Positions 25,575-38,196 of a stretch of DNA of 64,000 nt are shown here, piece after piece. Made by a program: the position numbers and the translations under genes. Numbering within the stretch: the stretch's first letter is position 1; each line of letters opens with the position of its first letter. This DNA comes from Mobula hypostoma (taxonomy: Eukaryota): the NCBI RefSeq assembly GCF_963921235.1, contig NW_026948141.1:124001-188000 (forward strand), read 5' to 3'. The notes below the pieces were generated by a model. The model worked only from the letters and a program-made list of their open reading frames with translations. It had not been told where the DNA came from and did no database searches.

Positions 25575-28500
25575 ATGCCACCATATTCAGCCTGAGATCT
25601 TATTGTGGGCAATCACAGTAAATACAAAGAAACACAATAGAATCAATGAAAATCTACACACAAAGACTGACAAGCAACCAATGTGCAAAAGATGACAAAC
25701 TATGCAAATACAAAAAGAAAACAAATCATAATAATAAATAAATAAGCAATTAATGATTGGGAACATGAGATGAAGAGCCCTTGAAAGTGAATCCATAAGT
25801 TGTGGAAACAGTTCAGTGTTGAGGTGAGTGAAGTTGAGTGAAGTTCTCCCCTCTGGTTCCAGAGCCTGATGGTTGAGGGGTAATAACTGTTCTTGAACCT
25901 GGTGGAGTAGGTCCTGAGGCTCCTGAACCTTCTTCCAGATGGCAGCAAGATGAGAGTACAGCTGAATGGTGGGGTGTCTTGATGATGAATGCTGTTTTCT
26001 TGCGACAAAGCTCCTTGTAGATGTGTTCAATGGTGGGGGGTGGAGGGGAGCGGGTTTACTCAAGATGGACGGGGCTGTATCCACTACTTTTTGTAGATTT
26101 TTGGTAGTGTAGCGGTTAGTGCAATGCATCACATCACCGGCTGTTAGCTTGGGTTTCATTTCCCGTCACTATCCTGTAAGGAGTTTGGTGTTCTCCCTGT
26201 GACTGCGTGGTCTGGTTCACTCCCACATTCCAAAGACGCACAGGTTAGGGTTAGTGAATTGTGGGCATGCAGTGTTGGCACTGGAAGCGTGACGGCACTT
26301 ACAGGATGCCCCCGGCATAATTCTCTCTGATTTGATTTGGCGCGAATGATGCAATTCACTGTATGTTCCAATGTACATGTGACAAATATAGCTAATCTAG
26401 ATATTTCAAGTGTGATAGAGAGGGCTATAGGAGAGATGGGAGAACTGTCTTACTGATTAGGGAGAATGTAACATCACAAGACATAGGAGCAGAGTTGGGC
26501 CATTCGGTCCCTTGAGTCTGCTCTGCCATTCCATCATGGCTGACTTATTATCCCTCTCAACTCCATTCTCCTGCCTTCGCCCCATAACCTGTCTAATCAA
26601 GAGTCTATCAACATCCGCTTTAAATGTACTCACTAACCTGACCTTCACAAACATCCAGGGCAAAGAATTCCACAGTTTCACCACCCTCTGACTAAAGAAA
26701 TTCCTCCTCATCTCTGTTCCAAGTGGACATGCCTCTATTCTGAGGCTGTGCTGTCTGGTCCTATACTCCCTCACTATTGGAAATATCCTCTCCATGTCCA
26801 CTCAATGTCAAAGCTGCATTAAGAGAAGACATCTTGGAAGGTTCATCCTGTGACACCACGAGGATAAAATTCAGGAATGAAACAAGGACAACCATTATGA
26901 CAGTGTTGTAGTATCAGCCTCCCAACCAAGCAGGAACCAAAGGAACAGATCTCAGGCACATCATGGAAGAACAGCAAAACAATAGTAGTGGATGTTTTGA
27001 ACATTCTCAATATTGACTGGGGCACCTTTAGATGGAACAGAATTTGTTAGGTACATCCAGGAAAGTTTCTTGAAACAATGAGTAGATAGCCTAACTGGGA
27101 ATGGAGCCATACTCAACACTGTACAGGGCTAATGAGCCAGATGGATGAGATGTAGAGTATTTCAGAAACAATGACCATAATTCCATAAGCTTTAGTCAAG
27201 TCAAGTCAAGTTTATTGTCATTTAACTATATATATTCATGTATATAACATACATATATAACCATATAATGCATATAGAAATGAGACAATGTTTCTTCAAA
27301 CCAGGATGTAAATCATAGTAGTCCACATACACACAATAACCTGTGAAGGTACGGATAAAATCTACAGATGAATCACTCGTAAATAACAAACTGAAGTGCA
27401 TTAATTTTAAATATTGGAAGGCACAGAACAGATTAACCAGTACTTAGAAAATGCTGTGGTCGGAAATTCAGAAGCCTAATAGTCTGGGGGAAGAAGCTGC
27501 TTCTCATCCCGACCATTCTTGTTTTTAAACATTGGAGTTTTCTGCCTAGGCAGAATGTCAAAGAGGATGCTGGATGGATGAGTGGGATCCTTAATAAGAC
27601 TAAGGTCCCTGTGTATGCAGCACTCCTGATAAACATCCCCGAAAGATAGTAGGGAGACCCCTATGATCCTCTCAGCTGTTATCACAGTCCTTTGTAGGGA
27701 CTTCTAGTCTGTTGCTTAACTGCTCCCATATCAGATGGAGATGCAACTTGTCAGGACACTCTCATAATGCAGTTAAGATGGTGGGGGTGGGGGTGGGGGA
27801 GCCTTGCTTACCTCAATCTTCTTCAGAAATGGAGGCGCTGCTGTGCCTTCTTGTTCAGAGAGGTGATATTAAGAGACCAGGTGAGGTCATCCATGCTGTG
27901 AGCTCCCAGGAACCTGGTGTACTTAACTCTCTCAATGGAGGAGCCATGGATTTGCAGAGGGGTTGGTTTGTTTGCACCTTCCTGAAGTCCACAATAATTT
28001 CTTTTAAAATATGGATAAGGATATGACTAGTTGTCAGATGAAAGTGCTAAACTGAGGGAGGGATAATTATAAAGTCATAGAATCAGAGGGTTCAGAAACA
28101 GGCCTTTTGGCCCACCTGGTCCATGCCAGCCAAGATGTCCATGCAAGCTCGTCCTGCTTGTTTGTGTTTAGCCCATGTCCCTCAAAACCAGGGGTTCCCA
28201 AACTGGGGTCCACTGATCCCTCAGTTAATGGTAGGGGTCCATGGACCCCTCAGCTAATGGTAGGGGTCCATGCTATATAAAAAGATGTGGACAGCTGCCC
28301 TAAACCTTTTCTATTCATATACCTCTCTGAGTGCCTTTTAAAATACAATAGTATCAGCCAGGAACTGGGGAGAATAGATTGTGAGCAGCTGTTTGAGAGG
28401 AATCCACGTGTGTGAGTCTGTTAAAGGCCAGTGGGTTAGAAACATAGAAAATAGGTGCAGGAGTAGGCCATTCGGCCCTTCAAGCCTGCACCGCCATTCA

Positions 28501-29600
28501 GTATGATCATGGCTGATCATCCAACTCAGAACCCTGTACCAGCCTTCCCTCCATACCCCCTGATCCCTTTAGCCACAAGGGCCATATCTAACTCTCTCTT
28601 AAATATAGCCAATGAACTGGCCTCAACTGTTTCCTGTGGCAGAGAATTCCACAGATTCACCACTCTCTGTGTGAAGAAGTTTTTCCTCATCTCGGTCCTA
28701 AAAGGCTTCCCCTTTATCCTCAAACTGTGACCCCTCGTTCTGGACTTCCCCAACATCGGGAACAATCTTCCTGCATCTAGCCTGTCCAATCCCTTTAGAA
28801 TTTTATATGTTTCAATAAGATCCCCCCCTCAATCTTCTAAATTCCAACGAGTATAAGCCTAGCCGATCCAGTCAGAGTTAGAATACACTACCACCATATT
28901 CCTTTCGGGATTCAAAATTTCAAGATTATTTAATGTTATTTTCAGTGCGTAAGTTGAAAGGAGAATAAAATATTGTGACTCTGGATCCAATGCAGCACAA
29001 AAAAACACAGTAAGATTAGACAATAATAATAAAAACACAATAAATATGGATACACAAGATAACTTTTCTACATATTGTACAGGTATTTCCATAAAGTGAC
29101 GCTAGGCACAGGAGTGTCTGTACATAAGCGAATGATAAAGTAGTGGTGGTTGGGGATGTGGAAGGGTCAGTTAATGGGTGGAGGTGTTGATCAGCCTTAC
29201 TGCTTGGGAAAAGTAACTGTTTTTGAGTCAGGTGGTTCTGACATGGATGCTAAGTGGCTTTCTCCCTGATGGGAGTGGGCCAAACAGCCCATGTGCAGGC
29301 TAGGTGAAATCCTTCATGTTGTTATTGGCCCTTTTCTGGCACCTTACTGTAGATATGTCCTTGATGGCGGATAGGCTGGTGCCAGTGATGCGATGGACAG
29401 TTTTGGCCATCCGTTTAGAGCAATCCTGTCTGCCACAGTGCGGTTTCTGTACCATGCAGTGATGCAGCTTGTTAAGATGTTCCCTACTGTACACCTGTAG
29501 AATGACATGAATATAGATGTAGATAGTCCAGCTCTTTTCAGTCTCCTCAGAAAGTAGAGGCTTTGGTAAGCTTTCCTGTTTGTGCAGAATGTGTTCTGGG
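25575..29600 (-). mobile_element. Cluster of Rex1/Babar 3' fragments (25575-26105, 27195-28005, 28895-29600) and CR1 3' ends (26470-26805; low-divergence 28438-28872)
   Basis: LPSGRRFRSLRT.STRFKNS, IIKD.THP and RVVNLWNSLPQ motifs in the minus-strand ORFs. Confidence 0.75.
28189..28297. mobile_element. hAT (Charlie-type) MITE, 109 bp
   Basis: Starts CAGGGGTTCCCAAACTGGGG; degenerate right end ...acagctg; imperfect 8-bp TSD ctcaaaac / ccctaaac; internal ~30-bp tandem duplication. Confidence 0.6.
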
Positions 29601-29609
29601 ACCATGAGT

Positions 29610-30900
29610 AGTCAGGATAAAAGGTAAGTATGATAAGGTTCTGGGGCCTTGGGCAGCTAGAGATGTTGGAAGTTTAGTCAAAAAGAAGCATATGTGATAT
29701 TTGTAACAAGACTTTTCAGGAATATACAGCAAGTGGGAATGAACAAATAAGAAACTAGGAGGGGTAAAAGGGGCCAGGAAACATCATCAGCAAGTAGGAT
29801 TAAGGGGATGTGTATCAGGAGCAAAAGGATAGGCAAGGAAAGGGTCAGCCCAATCACAGACAAGAGAGGGAATTCATACACGGTGCTAGAGGAAGTGGAT
29901 GAAGTTCTTAATGAGTACTTCATATCAGTATTCACTAAGGAGAAGGAAATGGGTGTTGGTGAGATCAGTGAGGAATATGTTGGCATTCTCTGGCATGTCA
30001 GTATTAAGAAGGCAAATGTGTTTGGTGTCTTGAAAAAAAGCCCTGAGGTGAATATGACTCCAGACCCTTTTAGGATCCTTTTCCCAGGATCCTGAGGAAA
30101 GCAAAGGAGAAGATTGCTGGGACCTTAACAGAGATCTTTGCATCCTCTTTAGCCTCTGGAGAGTAGCCAACATTGTTCCTTTGTTTATCAAGGGCAACAG
30201 GGGCCAACGAAGAAATTATAGACTGGAATCTGAAATCAGTGAGGGGGAAATTATAGGAGAAGATTATTGGGGACAGGATTTACTAGCATTTGGAAAAGTG
30301 TGAACTTTTTGGGGAGAATCAGCAAAACGTGATAGAGCACAGCAGGAAAGAAACAGGCCCTTTGGCCATCTTGTCTATGTCTGCCTCATCCAATTGCCTT
30401 GCACCCAGACCCTCCATACTCCTCTCATCCTATCTAAATCTCTCTCAAATGTTGAAATCAAACCCGTATCCACCACTTGTGCAGCAGTTCGTTCCACATT
30501 CTCACCACCCTCCGAGTGAAGAAATTCCCCCTCATGTTCTCCTTAAACATTTCACCTTTCACCCTTAACTCATGACCTCTAGTTCTAGTTTCACCCAACC
30601 TCAGTGGAAAAAGCCTGCTTGCATTTACCCTATCTGTATCCCTCATAATTTTGAATACCTCTAACAAATCTCCCCTCACTCTTCTACATTTCAGGGAATA
30701 AAATCCTAGCCTGAAGTCCCTAAACTTAATAAGAAATGACTAAGAAGTTTGATGCGGGTGCAGCATGGGTTTTGTTCAGCACTTGGCAAGGTTCCACATG
30801 GTAGACTAAGCAGGAAGATTTATAGCACATGGAATCCATGGTGAGTTGTAAGTTGGTTCTAATTGGCATGGGTCATGAAGGAGGAGAGCTTTGGCCAGTG
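29610..30900 (+). mobile_element. Old CR1 ORF2 fragment with a nested CR1 3' end (-, ~30335-30712)
   Basis: EVLNEYFISVFTKE motif (ORF 29808-30095); nested MRGDLLEVFKIMR (ORF 30458-30679). Confidence 0.7.
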
Positions 30901-32694
30901 GAGTTCTGCAGGGATTAGTGCTGGGTTGTTTGAAGCATATATTAATAATTTGGATGAAAATGTGGTTTGTCTCTTTAGTAACATGCAAGTGAAATGAAAA
31001 TAGCACCTTAGACTGTTTACTGTTTACCTGTCTGCGTACTAAATGCATTTTGAATTATAGTTTATTAATGTATTTATGGTAATATTTTGGTTTATGTGCT
31101 GTGTGTGATATATGTTTTGTTGGTGTACCATGGGCTGCCAGAATGTTGTTTCATTTGGTTGTATATATGTACAGTCAGATGACATTAAACTTGAACTTGA
31201 TTTTGACAATGGCAGAGGGAGAAGTCAACAAGGTGGAGATCAGAGTCTACTGGTTAAACAATAGCCAGTGTCGTTTGAAATGCTTACAAACAGAAAAATA
31301 ACATTTAGATATTTGTAGTATCTTTTAAATGTTGCTTTCTTTATAGCTGAATCAATATAGAATTGTTACTCTGTGTCTCACCTGTTCTCAGTCATTAACC
31401 TGACCATTCTGATGGCTTTTTTTTTGCCAACGGTAATGAGGAAAGTGTTTCGTATTATTCAGTATGCAGCAAAAACTATCACCTTGTACATAAAAACACT
31501 GCAGCGTGGAACCTGTGCTTTAATGAACGGGGCGGGGGGAGGGGGAGAGGGGGGTGGATTATAGCTGCCCGTTAAAAATTAATCTGCAGTTTTGGCTTGA
31601 GTCACTGAACCTTTCAGTGAAGCCAAAGTCCAGGAATGATTGCATATCTGTTGAAACACTACAGGAGTGTTGTGTTGTTGCCTTTGGATTGGAGTTTCCA
31701 ATTATGATCCTGTCAGTTTATTCAGTGGATTCAAATTCACATTCACGTTCATTTATTTAAAGTTCAAAGTTTAAAGTAAATTTTATTATCAAAGTACATA
31801 CATGCCACCACATACAACCCTGGGAATCATTTTCTTGCAGGCATACTCAGCAAATCTATAGAATAGTAACTAACAGAAACAATAAAAGATCAGCTCGAGT
31901 GTAGAAGACAGCAACTGTGCAAATAAATAGCAATAAATATCAAGAACATGAGATAAAGATAAAGAATCCTTAAGGAGAGATCATTGGTTATGGGAACATC
32001 TCAATAGATGGGCAAGTGAGTGTAGTTACCCCTTTAGTTCAAGAGCCTGATGGCTGAGGGGTAGTAACTGTTCCTGAATCTGATGGTACAAGTCCTGAGC
32101 ATCTTGGATCTTCTACCTGATGGCAGCAGTGAAAAAAGAGCATGGCCTGAGTGGTGATGGATGCAACTTAACTATAATGGTGTTTCATATAGATGTGCTC
32201 AGTCATTGGGAGGGTTTATCTGTGATGTCCTGGGCCAAATCCACCACCTTTTGCAGGATTTTCCATTCAAAGGCATTGGTGTTTCCATACCAAGCCGCAA
32301 TACAGTCAGTCAATACACTCTCCACTACACATCTATAGAAATTTGTTGAAGTTTTTGATGTCATGCAGAATCTCCACAGACTCCAAAGGAAGTAGAGATG
32401 CTCCCGTGGTTTCTTTGTAATTGCACTTACATGTTGGGTCCAGGACAGTGCCTCTGAAACAGTAACACCCAGGAATTTAAAGTTGCTAATCCTCGCCACC
32501 TCTGATCCTCTGATGAAGACTGGGATATGGACCTTTGGTTTCCCATTCTTAAAGTCTATAGTCAGTTCCTTGATCTTGCTGACATTGAGTGAGAGGTTAA
32601 CACGAGGAATTCTGCAGATGCTGGAAATTCAAGCAACACACACCAAATTGCTGGTGAACGCAGCAGGCCAGGCAGCATCTCTAGGAAGAGGTAC

Positions 32695-32730
32695 AGTCGA
32701 CATTTCAGGCCGAGACCCTTCGTCAGGACT
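32695..32730 (-). ncRNA. Minimal hammerhead motif, inverted copy
   Basis: Reverse strand reads agtc CTGACGA agg-gtctcgg-cct GAAAT GTC gact: stem I intact, with a C>T change in the stem III palindrome. Confidence 0.6.
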
Positions 32731-33240
32731 AACTGAAGGAAGAGCTAGTAAGAGATTTGAAAGTGGGAGGGGGAGGGGGAGATCCAAAATGATAGGAGAA
32801 GACAGGAGGGGGAGGGATGGAGCCAAGAGCTGGACTGGTGATTAAGATGAAGCCACACTCAGGTCGGAGGAACAACACCTTATATTCCATCTGGGTAGCC
32901 TCCAACCTGATGGCATGAACATTGACTTCTCTAACTTCCGCTACTGCCCTACCTCCGCCTCGTACCCCATCCGTTATTTATTTTTATACACACATTCTTT
33001 CTCTCACTCTCCTTTTTCTCCCTCTGTTCCTCTGACTATACCCCTTGCCTATCCTCTGGGTTCCCCCCCCCTCCCTTTTCCTTCTCCCTGGGCCTCCTGT
33101 CCCATGATCCTCTCGTATCCCTTTTGCCAATCACTTGTCCAGCTCTTGGCTCCATCCCTCCCCCTCCTGTCTTCTCCTATCATTTTGGATCTCCCCTCCC
33201 CCTCTCACTTTCACATCTCTTACTCACTCTTCCTTCAGTT

Positions 33241-33276
33241 AGTCCTGACGAAGGGTCTCGGCCTGAAACGTCAACT
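33241..33276 (+). ncRNA. Minimal type I hammerhead ribozyme motif (PLE-associated)
   Basis: agtc CTGACGA agg-gtctcgg-cct GAAAC GTC aact: intact core boxes, 3-bp stem II, ACGT palindrome in place of stem III, one mismatch in stem I. Confidence 0.65.
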
Positions 33277-34904
33277 GTACCTCTTCCTAGAGATGCTGCC
33301 TGGCCTGCTGCGTTCACCAGCAACTTTGATGTGTGTTGATTGAGAGGTTGCTGTTATGACACCACTCAGTCAAATTTTCAACCTCCCTTCTGTATGCTGA
33401 TTCATCATAACCTTTGATTTGGCCCACAGCAGTGGTGCTGGAGCTGTGCTTAGCCACACAGTCATAGATGTAAAGTGAGTAGAGCAGGGGGCTAAGCACA
33501 CAGCTGGTGCACCTGTGCTGATGGAGATAGTGGAGGACACACAGTTGCCAATCCGAACAGACTAGGGACTACACGTGAGGAAATTGAGGATCAAGTTGCA
33601 CAAAGAGGTATTGAGGCCAAGGTCTCGGACCTTACTGATTAGTTTTGAGGGTATTCAATGCTGAGCTGCAATTGATAAAGAACATCCTGATGTATGCATC
33701 TTCGCTGTCCAGGTATTCCATGGTTGAGTGAAGAGCCAATGAGATGGCACCTGCTGTGAACCTGTTGCCCTGGTAGGCAAACTGGAAGAGCTGATGTTTC
33801 ATCACTTGCCTCTCAAAACACTTCAGCACTATGGATGTAAGTGCAACTGGGCCATTGCCGTTGAGGCAGGTCATCATGCTCTTCTCGGGCACCAGTGTAA
33901 TTGAAACCTGCTTGAAGCAAGTGGGTACCACACACTGCTGAAGCAAGAGGTTAAAGATACCAGTCAGCACAAGTCTTTACTACATAGCCAGGTACTCCAT
34001 CCAGTCTAGATGGTTTCCCTGGATTCACCCTCCTGAAGGCAACCACGTTTCAGTTTCAGAAACCGAGATGTGGGAGTTTGCAATGGTTCCTTCTCGTTCA
34101 GGTGGTCAAGGCGAGCAGAGCAGGCCCTGAGCTCATTTGGAAGTGAAGCCCTGCAGTCCCCCATGTCATTTGAATTAACTTTGTAGGAGGTTATAGCACT
34201 TAAACCCTGGCACAGCTGTCGAGCAACCCTTGTTGATTTCAGTTTGGTCTGGACACTCCACTTCTCATGTGAGATGGCTTTCCAGACATGATATCTGCAC
34301 CTCTTGTAGCATTCTTGGTCTCCAGACTTCAATGCCTCTAATCTGGCTCTCAGCAAATTTCAGATCTCATGGTTCATCTAGGGCTTCTGATTGGGGAAGA
34401 CTCTGAATGATTTTGTGAGGGCACGTTCATCTACAGCTGTTTTAATAAAGTCTGTTACAAGCGTGGTGTATTCATTTACATCTCTAAAAGAGTGCTTGAT
34501 CACAGCCCAGTTCACTTGCTCAAGGCAATCCTGTAATCGTTCCTCTGCCTCCTGAGACTACCTCTTAGTTGTCCTAAGCTTGTTTTTTAGGCTCTGCCTA
34601 TATACAGATAGGAGGAAGACAGTTAAGTGATCTGATTTACCAAAATGTGGCCTAGGCAAGGAATGGTAGGTATTTCTTAACTTTGTGTGGCAGTGGTTTG
34701 TGGCCTCTGGTGCTACAGGTTATATGCAGGTGATAATTAGTAGTATTTTCTTCAAACTGACTTGGTTAAAATCTCTGACTATAATTTGAAATGCATCAAG
34801 ATGGGGTGTTTTTTGTCAACAGAGGACATCATGCAGTGTCACGGGTGCTTGCTTATAGTTGGCCACTGGTGTATATAAACTGCGGTCACGATCACAGATG
34901 AGAA

Positions 34905-35815
34905 TTTAATTAACGATGAGATGGCCTACAGAGGGGTGATGGAAGAGCTTGAGGCCCGGTGTCAGGCAAATAATTACTTTCTCGATGTCAACAAGTCAAA
35001 GGAGATAGTTGTCAAGTTCAGGAGAATTCACACCACTCACACCCCTCTTTACGTTGGCAGCACAGCAGTGGGAACTGCGAGCAGTTTCAGACTCCTGGGA
35101 GTGAACATCTCGCACAACCACTCATGGTCCCAGAACACATTCTACACAATCAGGAAAGCTTATTAGCACCTCTACCCTGTTAGCAGCCTGAAGAGAGTTG
35201 GACTCTGCACACATCATTGCACATGTATATGCACACCTATACCCAGGTTATTCTACAGATGCACAGTGGAGAGCATCCTCGCATGCTGTCTCACTGCATG
35301 GTATGGAAAATGCACCGCGGTGGACAGCAAGGCTCTGCAACAGGTAGTCAAAACCACCCAGTGTATCACTGATACCAGCCTATGTGCCATCAAGGACTTA
35401 TACACAGAGAGGTGCTGGAAAAGGACCAGTACCATTACGAAGGATCCCACGCGCCCTGCTCATGGACTGTTTGTCCCATCAGGGAGGAGACTATATAGCA
35501 TCCACACCAGGACCACCAGTCAAAAACAGTTACTTACCCCAAACAGTAAGGCTGATCAACACCCCCAACCACCACTTCTTTATCATTTCCTGTCAGAGTC
35601 ACCTTGTGTACAGACACTCCTGTGACTAGCGTCACTTTATGGACATAAAATCAATCTATGTATGAAAGCTACCTTACGTATTTATATTTATTGTGTTTTT
35701 AAATTATTATTGTGTTCTTTATTTTATTGTGTTTTTGAGCAGCATTGGAGTAAAAATTATTTTGTTCTCCCTTACACTTGTGCACAGGAAATGACAAACA
35801 ATCTTGAATCTTGAT
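34905..35815 (+). mobile_element. Rex1/Babar 3' fragment
   Basis: ORFs 34921-35166 and 35266-35625 (ESILACCLTAWYG..LQQVVKT); (CTTGAAT)n tail. Confidence 0.8.
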
Positions 35816-36369
35816 TTATTAAACAATCTGAAATGTGTACACTGAGGCATACAAAGAAGTGCAACCAAAACAATGTAAGGAAGTGCTGGGGGCAGCTCGC
35901 AAGTGTCTCCACAAGTTCTGGTACCAACATATCATGCTCACAGTGCTCAGCAGAACAACACAAGCAGCAAAACAAGCCCCTTCCCACCCACTCATCACTC
36001 ACCTACATCAGTGGCCTTCAAACATGAAGTGCAGAGTGTGGAGTGTGGAGCAGACGTCTAACTCCACCACATCCCTATCCCTAAACTCTGACCTGACCCC
36101 TAACACCCTTCTCAGGCCCCAATACCATTCCTACAAACCTAAAAACCAACTAAGCATTAGCTGCAACCTCGATGGAGATCCCAGCCCAGAACCATCTTGA
36201 TCGGAAGTCAAGCCCTTGTACCTCAACGCCAATTCTAAATGAAATGAAAGAGGAAAGTCATTCTGAAGCGAGGAGAGGGAGGTTAGTTACTTCCTCGGTG
36301 CAGCCTGGACTTAAATTAGTTAAGCTGGATTCTTCGACACTATCTGAAAAAGAGCAAGATCACAGTCCT

Positions 36370-36900
36370 AAACACAGGAGATCTGCAAATACTGGAAATC
36401 CAGAGCAACACACACAAAATGCTGGAGGATCTCAGTAGGTCAGGCAGCATTTGTGGAGATGAATAAACAGTTGACATTTTGGGCTGTGACCCTTCATCAG
36501 GATGGAAAGGAAGTGGGAAGAAACCAGAATAAGAAGGTGGGGGGAGGGGAGGGGAGGGATGACAAACTAGAAGGTGATAGGTGAAGCCAGATGGATGGGG
36601 GAGGGGGATGAAGTAAGAAGCTGAGAGGTGATAGGTAGAAAATGTAAAGGGCTGGAGAAGAAGGAATCTGATTGGAGAGGAGAGTAGACCATGAGAGAAG
36701 GGGAAGGAGGAGGCACACCGGGGAAAGTGATAGGCAGGTGAGAGCCAGAGTGGCAAATTGAAGAAGAGGGATGGGGGAAGGGAAAAATAATGGAAGTTAG
36801 AGAAATTGATGTTCATGCCATCAGGTTAGAGGTTACCCAGATGGAATATGAGGTATTGCTTCTCCAACCTGAGAGTGGCCTCATCGTGGCAGAAGAGGAA
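36370..36900 (-). mobile_element. Penelope-like 3' end with decayed hammerhead motif (36469-36505)
   Basis: Minus strand encodes DEATLRLEKQYLIFHLGNL*PDGMNINFSNF; then CTGATGA agg gtcacag ccc AAAAT GTC aactg. Confidence 0.8.
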
Positions 36901-37831
36901 TTGAGATAGGAATTAAAATGGTTGGCAAGATCACAGTCTTGCTGAGAGTTCTTTCTGCACCCATGATTAGGCACAACAGTTAACCGACCATTTCTCTGTG
37001 TTGTTAGTGGGATCTCTCAATGCAGAGCAGTTGCCATTTTGGCCAAGGGTGGAAGAACTTCACAATGCTTGAGACTAGAACTAGAGGTTAAAGGTAAAAC
37101 ATGAAATATTTAAGGGGAATCTGAGGGGAAACTTCTTCACTCAGAGGGTAGTGAGTGTGTGGAACGTGCTGCCAGTAGAAGTGGTGGATGCTGGTTTAAT
37201 TGTAACATTTAAGAGAAGTTTGGGTAAGTGCATGGATCGGAAAGGTATGGAGGACATGGATGGAGAGATCTGACGGGTTTATAAGGTTATGAGAGGCATA
37301 GACAGAGTAGACACACACTGTCATTTTTCACGGTTGAAATGTCTAATACAAGAGGGCATGCATTTAAGGTGAGGGGGGTAATTTCAAAGGAGACGTGAGA
37401 GACAAATTTTCTTACACACAGAGTGGTGGGTGCCTGGAATGTGCTGCTTGGGGTGGTGGTAGAAGCAGACACATTAGAGACTTTTAAGAGCTGTTTAGAT
37501 CTAATGAATGTGATATGGACATTGTGTAGGTAGAAGAGATTAGCTTAGTTGGCCACTTAATTACTAGTCTAATTGGTTTGGCACAATATTATGGCCCGAA
37601 GAGTCTGTTCTTGTGCTGTACTGTTCTGTGTTCTATCCATGTGACAATTGATTTCTAACAAGAAACACAAGATATAGTGTTTCTGCAGAGCTCTTTGGAG
37701 GAGGCTGCTTTGGTAGGATAATAGTTTGGCATCGATTAGATGGCTGCTTTGGTAGCTAGTTGTCTGATTCATGTCGATGGGCGGGGGTGGGGTGGGGAAG
37801 GATTTTCCAACGGTGGTGATAGTAACATTTT

Positions 37832-38196
37832 TGTTAGGAAATGTAGAGGAGACTTGACCCAAAAGCAGAGCAGCAGAGACAATCCCGTTGTGAATGAAAA
37901 CTTTAATAATAAACTGCAAAATAATAGGCCACGAGGGGCCATAAAACAAGAGAGAACAGATACTAAACATAGCAAGTAACAAGGTAAACTTTAGACAGGG
38001 AGAGTGACAGCCAAGAGCAACTGATTAAGGCTGGCTGGTTTGATGAGTGGACAAGGACTATGGATGAGAGGTGGGGTTCAATAGGCTGCAGGTGATGAGT
38101 CATGAATGAGAAGCAGCTGATTCCTGTTAGCTGGGTGGAGACTAGGAGGTGCCTGCATGTGCAGGCTGGAGGTATCAGTGGAAGCCAGGCCTGACA
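37832..38196 (-). mobile_element. Probable solo LTR (Gypsy-like), 365 bp
   Basis: Termini TGTTAGG...CCTGACA (6/7 inverted match); ATTAAA poly(A)-like signal on the minus strand; no TSD found. Confidence 0.45.

Larger units (their letters stand above)
32599..33340 (+). mobile_element. Penelope-like element 3' end with an inverted terminal copy (fold-back) and two hammerhead motifs
   Basis: 9-bp TSD tgagaggtt (32590-32598 and 33341-33349). Inverted arms at 32634-32843 and 33129-33338. The spacer encodes DEATLRSEEQHLIFHLGSLQPDGMNIDFSNFR, a GIY-YIG C-terminus typical of PLE ORFs. Confidence 0.85.
31755..34890 (-). mobile_element. Long Rex1/Babar LINE remnant (APE end, RT, 3' UTR), interrupted by a Penelope-like element
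   Basis: ORFs 34006-34356, 33632-33970 (PVALTSIVLKCFER..QFAY), 33314-33499 (LSPLLYSLYIYDC) and 32203-32499 (FKFLGV..NFYRCVVESVLT). Confidence 0.85.
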
